A stretch of DNA of 63,793 nucleotides from Candidatus Gastranaerophilales bacterium. GTDB lineage: Bacteria; Cyanobacteriota; Vampirovibrionia; Gastranaerophilales; Gastranaerophilaceae. The translations under genes were made by a program, and so were the position numbers. Where the stretch lies: contig CALUYV010000001.1 of assembly GCA_944325095.1 (NCBI GenBank), positions 1 to 63,793 on the forward strand, written 5' to 3'. The notes beneath the pieces were generated by a model. It made no database searches. It was given only the letters and a program-made list of their open reading frames with translations, and was not told the origin of the DNA. Shown piece after piece: positions 56,575 through 63,793 of the stretch. Position 1 is the stretch's first letter. Each line of letters opens with the position of its first letter.

Positions 56575-58592
56575 TTTCTTACGATTTATATTCATTTGAT
56601 ATTTTTGATACTATAATTACCCGAAAAGTAGCAAAACCAAACGGTATTTTTGCACTTATGCAAAATGTGATAAATTCAAATTCCGATTATGCGGATTTAC
56701 CTCAGGATGTCAAAACAAATTTTTTCAAATACAGAACCAATGCCGAATACAGACAGCGCAGGCTGAATGTGTTATGGAAAGAGGATAAGGAAATTACTTT
56801 TGAACAGATTTATAAAGATATACAGGAAACCTATTTTTTGTCTGATGTCCAGATAGAAAAACTCAAAGAACTCGAACTGAATCTTGAATATGAAAATATT
56901 ATTCCGATTAACGAAAACATACAAAAGATAAATAATCTTATCAATAACGGCAAGAGGGTTGTTTTGATTTCGGATATGTATTTAAGTGAAGAAGTTATAA
57001 GGAAGTTTCTTGCTAAAACCGGTTTGATTAATGGTATTAAAATATATGTGTCATCTGATGCCGGATATAAAAAAGGAACCGGCGAGATTTATAAATATGT
57101 AAAATCTCAGGAAAATGTTGAGTTTGAAAACTGGTATCATCTGGGGGATAACGAGTATTCGGATTATAAACAGGCACTGTATCTGGGGATAAATTCGGAA
57201 CTGTACCATTATACAAAATTAAAATGTTACGAAGAAAAACTGTTAAGGCTTAATTATGAATCTCCTGCCGTGCAGTTGACAATCGGATGTGCCAAAAATT
57301 TAAGATTAGCAAATTACAAAATTTCGGATAAATTTGATTTAGGGGTGTCGCTTGCCGCACCGATATTTTATCCTTATGTTGAATGGCTGTTAAAACAGGC
57401 GCAGAAGCGCAATATCAAATATCTTTATTTTCTGGCCCGTGACGGTTATATTCTGCAAAAAATTGCAGATATTATTATCAAAGACAGAAATCTCAATATT
57501 AAAACCGAATATGTATATGGCTCCAGAAAAGCATGGCGGCTGCCTTCGTTATCGTTGGAAAATAAAATGCTTAAAAAGCAGTTTGTTGAAACTTTGATGT
57601 GGGAATATAAAAATTTAGATAAAGTTCTCGGTTTAACAAATAAAGAATTGACAGTGCTTTTGCCTGATGAATTCCGTAATTATACTTCAACGATGAGCGA
57701 TAAAAAGTTGAAAAAATTTAAGGACTTTTTATTGAAAGATGATAACTGGCTCAAGCCTGTTATCGAAAAGAATAAAGATAAAAAATATGCGGCTGTTCAA
57801 TACTTAAAACAACTTGCTGACGGGGCAAACGGAGAAAAATTTGCATTTGTCGATATTGACGGAACCCGTTTTACCATGAACTGTATGAGTTCTTTAATGC
57901 GCGAAGTTTATGACGGTGAACTTATTACTTTTTATCTGACAAGTACTCCGTGTATTTTTGAATCAGTAAATATGAAATATTATCATTTTTACGCTTTGAA
58001 AAAGGCTTTGGTCGGGCATGTAATGGAACTGCTTGCAAGAGCACCGCACGGGCAGACTCTCGGGTATGAAGAACAAAATGGGAAATATGTTCCGGTTCTG
58101 GAAAATCTCCCTTCTAAAATATTTGAAGATTGGCAGTTCGATAAATATATTGAAGGTATTGAAGCGTTTACTGCACAGATGTGCGGGTATGAAAAACAGT
58201 TCAGCACCGTATCATTTGAAAATCAGCAGACTATGGAAAAATATATTCATTTTATGGCAAGAGATGTGGATAGAGATACAGCAAATCTTCTGGGTACAAT
58301 GGTTCACAGCCTGTACGGAAAAGAGCAGAAGGAATTTGCGCCGAAAGTTGGTTTTGCTGCCGCTCTTAAGTATATAATTACTAAAAAAATTGCTACTGAA
58401 AATATTTTGTATTCTAAAGTCCGCTCAAATATAATTATTCAAAAAATGATAGATTACAGGCTTGCGCATCCTGATATTCGCAAAGAAATGATTAATTTGT
58501 TTATCCACAAACGAAGACGTCAGGCGTATTTGACAATTTTAGGTATAACAATTGATTTCGGTAATATTTTGTTCCGAAAAAAGAATGTATAA
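56571..58592 (+). CDS. HAD-superfamily hydrolase-like protein (COG5610-like N-terminus) with large uncharacterised C-terminal region
   Basis: 673 aa. N-terminal YSFDIFDTIITR, VLISDMYL and GDNEYSD motifs. ATGA overlap with the preceding TagF-like gene. Confidence 0.5.
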   Translation: MISYDLYSFDIFDTIITRKVAKPNGIFALMQNVINSNSDYADLPQDVKTNFFKYRTNAEYRQRRLNVLWKEDKEITFEQIYKDIQETYFLSDVQIEKLKELELNLEYENIIPINENIQKINNLINNGKRVVLISDMYLSEEVIRKFLAKTGLINGIKIYVSSDAGYKKGTGEIYKYVKSQENVEFENWYHLGDNEYSDYKQALYLGINSELYHYTKLKCYEEKLLRLNYESPAVQLTIGCAKNLRLANYKISDKFDLGVSLAAPIFYPYVEWLLKQAQKRNIKYLYFLARDGYILQKIADIIIKDRNLNIKTEYVYGSRKAWRLPSLSLENKMLKKQFVETLMWEYKNLDKVLGLTNKELTVLLPDEFRNYTSTMSDKKLKKFKDFLLKDDNWLKPVIEKNKDKKYAAVQYLKQLADGANGEKFAFVDIDGTRFTMNCMSSLMREVYDGELITFYLTSTPCIFESVNMKYYHFYALKKALVGHVMELLARAPHGQTLGYEEQNGKYVPVLENLPSKIFEDWQFDKYIEGIEAFTAQMCGYEKQFSTVSFENQQTMEKYIHFMARDVDRDTANLLGTMVHSLYGKEQKEFAPKVGFAAALKYIITKKIATENILYSKVRSNIIIQKMIDYRLAHPDIRKEMINLFIHKRRRQAYLTILGITIDFGNILFRKKNV

Positions 58593-58613
58593 TATGAAAA
58601 TTCGGGGTATTTG

Positions 58614-60587
58614 ATGGAAAGATTGTCAATTAAGGAGTTAAGTAATAAATTGTCGATTTCGGAAGCGACGGCAAAAAACTGGCTTCGTTTGGGCAAAATA
58701 TCTCCTCAATTTTCAGATGACGGAAAACCTTTTTTTTCTCAAAAATATGTAAATGATTTATTGAAAAAACTGCATGATAAAAATAACAGTATTTTAAAAA
58801 GCAGACGCAATAAAAACTGTATTAAAGGTAAATTTTTTTATAAAGATTATGTTTCTGATACCTCCGTAAATATAAAAACAATCGAAAAATTATTAGAAAC
58901 TCCGGATATAATACAGGAGGAAAATTTTGTTAAATATCTTGCAGCGGATTGTGCAATACAGTTGATTATTCAGAGTAAGAAACTTCAAACGGGTATATGC
59001 CGGAATTTTTTGTTAAATTATCTTGAAAATAATATAGATTTAGGCTTGTACTCTCCGTTAGTCGATTTTTTTATTGAAAGTAAAAAAAATGCCCTGTCTT
59101 TTATTAAAAAATATCCGCATCTTTTTGACTCTCGTTTTGTATATGAAAAAAATGAGGACATTCTCGGTTTATTGTATATTTCATGTTCCAGTATGGGAAA
59201 ACGTAAACAGTGCGGAATGTATTATACTCCTACAAAAGTTGTGAAAACGGCAATAAAGAATATTTTTTTACAAAATAAAATAACTCCGGAGGACAAATTC
59301 CTTGATTGCTGCTGCGGAACCGGGAATTTTTTGCTTAATTTGCCTGATAGCGTCAGACCGGAGCAAATATACGGCAATGATATAGATACCGTCAGTTGTC
59401 ATATTACAAAAATTAATCTGGCACTGAAGTATGATGCCGCAGATTTAGAAACTATCAATGCAAATATAACTAATTCGGATTTTTTATTCTCCGGCAGACT
59501 GCATGATTTTTCGTATATTATCGGGAACCCTCCGTGGGGCTATTGTTATACTCCGGAGCAGAAGCAAAATTTGTCAAAACTTTATAAAACTGCCGGCAAA
59601 GAAAATGTTGAATCTTTCGATTTATTCATAGAAAAATCACTGGCAAGTTTGAAAAAGAACGGAGTATTATCTTTTGTCCTGCCCGAATCGGTTTTGCATG
59701 TGCAATCGCATAAGGAAATCAGGGAAATTATAAAGAAGGAAAATTCTATTCAATACCTGCACTATCTGGGTAATATTTTCGATGGTGTGAACTGTCCCGG
59801 AATTATTCTGCAGGTTGTTCATACCGGTGAGCCTTTAAAGACAGCCGGTATGGTTGTTGATACCGGAACAAAAGTCTATAAAATGAATTCTGACAGAGAA
59901 GTTGATATAAAAAATTTCAGTTTTAAAATGTCCAATGAAGAATATGAATTATTAAAGAAACTTTTGAAAAAAGAAAATAAGAAATATTTAAAAAACAATG
60001 CGGAATTTGCTCTCGGCATTGTTACCGGAAATAACAAAGAATATCTGCATTCTGTTAAAAATGAAACAAATGAAGTGATTATTAAAGGGTGTGATATTGA
60101 ACCTTACAAAATTAAAGAGGGAAAAGGTTTTATAGTTTGCGACAGAGCAAAATTTCAACAGTGTGCTCCGCTTGAAAAGTACAAAACTCCCGAAAAACTG
60201 GTATATAAATTTATATCTTCCAGACCTGTTTTTGCATACGATAATGCCGGCAGATTAACCTTAAACAGCTGCAATATTCTTATCCCGCATATAAAAGGTA
60301 TGGATATAAAATACATTCTTGCGGTTCTTAATTCATCTGTTGCCGGATTTATTTACAGGAAGAATTTTAATTCCGTAAAAGTTCTGAAATCACATCTGGA
60401 AAATATACCAATTCCTGTTTGTGATGAAAAAGCCCAAAAAGAAATTACCTGTTTGGTTGATAAAATTATTGCCGCAAAAGACATAGAAACTTATAAAAAT
60501 TTATATAATACTGTAGATGACAAAATTAGGATGTTATATGGTGCTGATTCTGATGAATATCGTTTAATACTGGCGGTTTCAGGATAA
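58614..60587 (+). CDS. gamma-class N6-adenine DNA methyltransferase (Eco57I/TaqI-like) with N-terminal HTH; no partner nuclease seen
   Basis: Motif X region GMYYTPTKVV, motif I FLDCCCGTGNFLL and motif IV IIGNPPWGY. TaqI-like target-recognition tail (ILAVLNSSVAGFIYRK). N-terminal LSIKELSNKLSISEATAKNWLRLGKI is MerR/excisionase-type HTH-like. Confidence 0.8.
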   Translation: MERLSIKELSNKLSISEATAKNWLRLGKISPQFSDDGKPFFSQKYVNDLLKKLHDKNNSILKSRRNKNCIKGKFFYKDYVSDTSVNIKTIEKLLETPDIIQEENFVKYLAADCAIQLIIQSKKLQTGICRNFLLNYLENNIDLGLYSPLVDFFIESKKNALSFIKKYPHLFDSRFVYEKNEDILGLLYISCSSMGKRKQCGMYYTPTKVVKTAIKNIFLQNKITPEDKFLDCCCGTGNFLLNLPDSVRPEQIYGNDIDTVSCHITKINLALKYDAADLETINANITNSDFLFSGRLHDFSYIIGNPPWGYCYTPEQKQNLSKLYKTAGKENVESFDLFIEKSLASLKKNGVLSFVLPESVLHVQSHKEIREIIKKENSIQYLHYLGNIFDGVNCPGIILQVVHTGEPLKTAGMVVDTGTKVYKMNSDREVDIKNFSFKMSNEEYELLKKLLKKENKKYLKNNAEFALGIVTGNNKEYLHSVKNETNEVIIKGCDIEPYKIKEGKGFIVCDRAKFQQCAPLEKYKTPEKLVYKFISSRPVFAYDNAGRLTLNSCNILIPHIKGMDIKYILAVLNSSVAGFIYRKNFNSVKVLKSHLENIPIPVCDEKAQKEITCLVDKIIAAKDIETYKNLYNTVDDKIRMLYGADSDEYRLILAVSG

Positions 60588-60630
60588 TTTGCGCGGGGTG
60601 TTTATATGCAAAAAAATTTAAAAAAAGTTA

Positions 60631-60659
60631 TTGATTTTTATCAATTTTTGTTGTATTAT
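60631..60659 (+). promoter_or_regulatory. putative promoter TTGATT-17-TATTAT with a palindromic -35 region (TTGAT-tttt-ATCAA)
   Basis: Hexamers at 60631-60636 and 60654-60659, palindrome at 60631-60644. Upstream of the 60695 small ORF. Confidence 0.35.
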
Positions 60660-60694
60660 CAATCTGCTGGTAGGAAGTATAGTTGGGGTTAGAA

Positions 60695-60916
60695 ATGCTG
60701 GTTTCATCAATTGGTTATTTGAATCCGAATAAAGATTTTAGACCCGTCACTGTCAAAAATAGAAATAGCAAAGACAACAGTGGTTTCGGGCATGTTCAGA
60801 ATACAGATAGTGCGGCCGTAACTCATAAAAATCCCCTTATGCGTATTATAGAGTCGCTGGTTGCCAGGTTTGAGAAGAAAAGTAGCGATAATAACAGTTT
60901 ATCCTTAATTGCGTAA
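60695..60916 (+). CDS. hypothetical small protein
   Basis: 73-aa ORF from ATG 60695 (the track begins at TTG 60683). No motif recognised. Confidence 0.3.
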   Translation: MLVSSIGYLNPNKDFRPVTVKNRNSKDNSGFGHVQNTDSAAVTHKNPLMRIIESLVARFEKKSSDNNSLSLIA

Positions 60917-60926
60917 GCAAAATTTA

Positions 60927-62093
60927 TTATTCTTCTTTAAACAGGTATCTGACAAAAATAATTGAGAATATAGCCGGCAGGGCAGATATTACTGCAAGTG
61001 TCGGGGCTATGCTTGTGGATTGCGCAATAAAACCTATCATTGACATTGCTATTGCGACTACTCCCCACGAAAATCCATTAATAAAACCGCCGATGATACT
61101 TTTATACTGCGGCAGAACTTTTTGCGCCATACTCATTGTAATCGGTGTGGCAAACATAGTAATAAAACCCATTACCGCAAAAGTTACAAACGAAATAACA
61201 GGGTGTGTTTTATAAGTAAACATAAACAAAAGCATCAGCGGGAATGTTGTAATCATGGAAATATAAAATACATTTGCCGTTCCTATTATTTTTTCAACCT
61301 TCGGGCTTAGTATTGAACTTATACCGCCCAGAAAAGTAAATATAAACAGAGCCAGTCCGATTTGGAACTTTGAATACCCCATTGACTTCCATAAGAAAGG
61401 CAGTAATATTGAGCAAGATGTCGTAATAAGAGATTTTAACATTGCTATAATATTTAGAATATTTAGTTTATGGCATGTCAGAATTTCGGCAAAAGCCTGT
61501 TTTAATTTTATTTTCGGGGCAGGTGTTTTAATGTCGGAAAATTTTGGAATACATAGAAACATACACAGTGCGCAGATTATTCCGATAATTGATAAAAACG
61601 GCATTTTATTTAACCCGCAGTATTGTGCAATTGTGGAAGAAAATAACGGTCCCATTGCATAGCCCAGTGTTCCGCATGCTATAAACATTCCCATGTTTTT
61701 AACCGTGTTTGAATTTGAAAATTTTACTACAAACCCCAGTGCCTGCGGGTGAAAAAGGCTTGAGCCCAAACTTCCGAGAATGATACATAAAATCATTATC
61801 CAGATGTGAGAAGAAACCGGTACGAGTGAAATAAATATTGAAGTAAACAGCAGCCCCCAGAATATGAAGGCGCGTTTTTTTATTATATCGGCAAAGAATC
61901 CGAAGTACGGCTGCAAAAGCGAAGAAAATATGTGCGAGCAGCTCAAAATGATGGTTGCTACAGGCATGGATATTTTTATCTGTTCGGCTATAAACGGCAT
62001 AATAGGATTTAAAAATCCCGTATAAATGTCATTTGTAAAATGTGCTGCGCAAAGCCATATCTGTGTTTTTTTATTCGGATTATTATTTGCCAT
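60927..62093 (-). CDS. MFS transporter (Fsr/fosmidomycin-resistance-like 12-TM type)
   Basis: 388 aa, about 12 TM segments, WLCAAHFTNDIYTGFLNP N-terminal motif. Divergent from the MntR-like gene. Confidence 0.7.
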   Translation of the reverse strand: MANNNPNKKTQIWLCAAHFTNDIYTGFLNPIMPFIAEQIKISMPVATIILSCSHIFSSLLQPYFGFFADIIKKRAFIFWGLLFTSIFISLVPVSSHIWIMILCIILGSLGSSLFHPQALGFVVKFSNSNTVKNMGMFIACGTLGYAMGPLFSSTIAQYCGLNKMPFLSIIGIICALCMFLCIPKFSDIKTPAPKIKLKQAFAEILTCHKLNILNIIAMLKSLITTSCSILLPFLWKSMGYSKFQIGLALFIFTFLGGISSILSPKVEKIIGTANVFYISMITTFPLMLLFMFTYKTHPVISFVTFAVMGFITMFATPITMSMAQKVLPQYKSIIGGFINGFSWGVVAIAMSMIGFIAQSTSIAPTLAVISALPAIFSIIFVRYLFKEE

Positions 62094-62162
62094 AATATCA
62101 TCATTGCACTAACAATTACAAAAATCAAACTGTGGTATTGTTTTAGCCTGAAAAAATAATTC

Positions 62163-62191
62163 TTGACAAAGTGTTAGGTTTGCCTTACATT
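62163..62191 (+). promoter_or_regulatory. promoter TTGACA-17-TACATT of the MntR-like operon
   Basis: -35 at 62163-62168 and -10 at 62186-62191. AGGAGG SD at 62198-62203, ATG at 62208. Confidence 0.55.
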
Positions 62192-62192
62192 A
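62174..62192. promoter_or_regulatory. DtxR/IdeR-box-like operator TTAGGTTTGCCTTACATTA overlapping the spacer and -10 box
   Basis: 17 of 19 positions match the DtxR consensus TWAGGTWAGSCTWACCTWA as I recall it. Internal dyad symmetry is only 5 of 9 pairs. Confidence 0.45.
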
Positions 62193-62207
62193 ATAGCAGG
62201 AGGTTTA

Positions 62208-62642
62208 ATGACTAAAAATTCCAAAACGCTATCTTCCGGTTTAGAAGATTATATTGAAACTATATACATTGCACAATTGAAGAACCTTCCGCTCAAGGGT
62301 GCTGATCTTGCACGGCAGTTATGTGTTTCAAGAGCTTCGGTGTCGGAAGCTCTTGCCAAACTCGTTGCCAAAAAACTGATTACATATAACAGTTATGAAA
62401 CGATTTCTTTGACTCAGCTGGGTATTGAATTTGCTCAAAATGTATATAATAAACATCACACTTTAAAAATGTTTTTTGAGCAGGTTTTATTTATCGCACC
62501 GGATGAAGCCGGAGAAAATGCCTGCAAAATTGAACACATAATTTCTCAAAATGTTTTAAACCGGATGACGGAATTCACTGAATTTTGCCGGCAGAATGAG
62601 AAATTTTTAACCGAATTTAAAAAGGAAATAACCCGAAAATGA
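62208..62642 (+). CDS. mntR: MntR/DtxR-family metal-dependent transcriptional repressor (two-domain, no SH3-like tail)
   Basis: 144 aa. LEDYIETIY N-terminal metal ligands, the HTH GADLARQLCVSRASVSEALAKL, and HH and KIEH ligand positions that align with B. subtilis MntR as I recall it. Confidence 0.75.
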   Translation: MTKNSKTLSSGLEDYIETIYIAQLKNLPLKGADLARQLCVSRASVSEALAKLVAKKLITYNSYETISLTQLGIEFAQNVYNKHHTLKMFFEQVLFIAPDEAGENACKIEHIISQNVLNRMTEFTEFCRQNEKFLTEFKKEITRK

Positions 62643-63688
62643 TAAGAATTTCAACAATAGGAAAATATCTTGATCAACCTGTTTTAACAGCAAAATTGAA
62701 TAAAAATATGCCGTTATTTCTTGCCGGCGGCTCGGCATTGTTTTTAGCGGAGCAAATATACAAAACCCCGGAAGGCGAGAAAAAGAAAAACGGGTTAAAA
62801 TCATTAATTGTTCTTGGAGCAACAGGATTATCCGCAATTAATGCTCCAAAAATTGCTGCTTTTGTGACTAAAAAGGCAGCCGCAAAGCCTCTTGCGGAAA
62901 TATTGCAAAATAATAAATTCCTTGTTGAAGAATATCTTAAAAATAATACATTCGGCAAAGAAATTACAAAAATTCTTGAGAAAGCAAAAACAAAAATTTT
63001 ATCAATAAAAGAAATTGATAAATTGAATACTCCTGAACATAAGACTTTTTTAGATAAACTTGTTCCGCCTCCTGAAAATGTCCAGGCAAAAGATTTGTTC
63101 AAAGAAATCGGCTGGCTTTCGGTATATGGGGCAGTTCCTGTGGCAGGCGGGATAATTGGCGGGATTACTGCGGATAAAATAACTGAAAAAAATTGGAAAA
63201 GCAGAATTCCAAATAAAATTAATGAAGGTATTTATCAATATCTGGCAAATATATTTATGTGTAATATCGGTGCCGGTGCTGCTCTTGGAATACTTGAAAA
63301 ATTGAATATAAAATCCAAAGCCGCAAGATGTATCGGTATGACAGCGGGGATTATATTAACCGGTATTGTTGGAGGCAGTGCTGCTGCAAATTATATCGGT
63401 GATAAAATTATTAATCCTTTGATATTGAAAAATCCAAAAAAAGAAACCCGAACTCCGGAACTAGTGGATATCGGTCTGCATTCGGATGATATTGCAACAG
63501 TTTCGCTGCTATCGGGCTTGAAATGGATTGAGCCGTCCCTGCCGCTTTTGTATTCAATTTCCGGATATCGGGCCGGAATAGGATATCGCAATGATAAAGC
63601 ACAGCCGGTGCATAATGAAAGTGCTGATGAATTATCCTGTCAGCCCGATTATTCTCAAAAAGCTCATTTTTTACGACATGAGTGTTAG
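62639..63688 (+). CDS. hypothetical polytopic membrane protein, ATGA-coupled to the MntR-like gene
   Basis: 349 aa. About 5-6 Gly/Ala-rich hydrophobic segments (IVLGATGLSAINAP, VYGAVPVAGGIIGGI, MCNIGAGAALGI, GMTAGIILTGIVGGSAAA). No recognisable family. A terminator follows. Confidence 0.5.
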   Translation: MIRISTIGKYLDQPVLTAKLNKNMPLFLAGGSALFLAEQIYKTPEGEKKKNGLKSLIVLGATGLSAINAPKIAAFVTKKAAAKPLAEILQNNKFLVEEYLKNNTFGKEITKILEKAKTKILSIKEIDKLNTPEHKTFLDKLVPPPENVQAKDLFKEIGWLSVYGAVPVAGGIIGGITADKITEKNWKSRIPNKINEGIYQYLANIFMCNIGAGAALGILEKLNIKSKAARCIGMTAGIILTGIVGGSAAANYIGDKIINPLILKNPKKETRTPELVDIGLHSDDIATVSLLSGLKWIEPSLPLLYSISGYRAGIGYRNDKAQPVHNESADELSCQPDYSQKAHFLRHEC

Positions 63689-63740
63689 GCATGACTAACA
63701 CTGCCTTATTTTACATTACCCGAAAACTGTACACAAATTG

Positions 63741-63765
63741 AGGCGGCCTGCCCGCCTTTTTCTTT
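63741..63765 (+). terminator. intrinsic terminator
   Basis: Stem aggcgg / ccgcct with a 5-nt loop, followed by TTTTTC. It sits 53 nt after the stop of the 62639..63688 gene. Confidence 0.65.
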
Positions 63766-63793
63766 TATATTTGAATATATATTTTGTGTAAAC

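Noticed and set aside
58614-60587. The methyltransferase as a fused Type IIG restriction-modification enzyme.
   Set aside because: At about 657 aa it is too short. The region before motif X is an HTH plus the usual helical N-terminal domain, and no PD-(D/E)xK or other nuclease motif is visible.
62138-62156. A second DtxR-like box (ttgttttagcctgaaaaaa) closer to the MFS gene.
   Set aside because: Only 12 of 19 consensus positions match by hand, and it has essentially no dyad symmetry.

Overview
AT-rich (judged by eye, GC not computed) bacterial chromosomal window with about 65 tightly packed protein-coding genes. Many genes overlap by 1-40 nt. I recognised no rRNA, tRNA, CRISPR array, transposase or integrase. 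Most of the window is housekeeping: corA, upp, two LysM peptidoglycan hydrolases, a VKOR-thioredoxin fusion, queH, a minus-strand murC-murB-ddl-ftsQ-polyprenyl synthase-lepB operon, holA/holB, plsY, proBA, tyrA, a DAHP synthase, eno, recJ, trmFO and bioF-bioG-bioC. A TolC/NodT-type outer-membrane factor with marR-emrA-emrB, plus an MlaD-like gene, suggests a diderm host. The lineage cannot be determined from this window. Accessory or unusual parts: (i) an SNF2/SWIM helicase preceded by an ATGA-coupled 18-codon upstream ORF, followed by an orphan small ORF and two tandem paralogous HEPN(HI0074-type)/MNT modules that share a duplicated promoter cassette. (ii) A lone DUF2130-like Zn-ribbon/coiled-coil/nuclease-like gene. 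(iii) A ribitol-phosphate (teichoic-acid- or capsule-like) glycopolymer operon ending in an HTH-fused orphan gamma-class N6-adenine DNA methyltransferase. (iv) An MntR/DtxR-type repressor with a DtxR-box-like operator over its own promoter, ATGA-coupled to an uncharacterised polytopic membrane protein and divergent from an MFS transporter. (v) Several lineage-specific orphan proteins, including a 702-aa membrane protein and a basic protein with five R-x-VV-x-GF repeats. Across the window, several first-in-operon genes carry a -10 box exactly 6 nt upstream of the ATG with no Shine-Dalgarno sequence, which predicts leaderless mRNAs. All functional calls come from motif recognition by eye on the translated ORFs; no database search was run.
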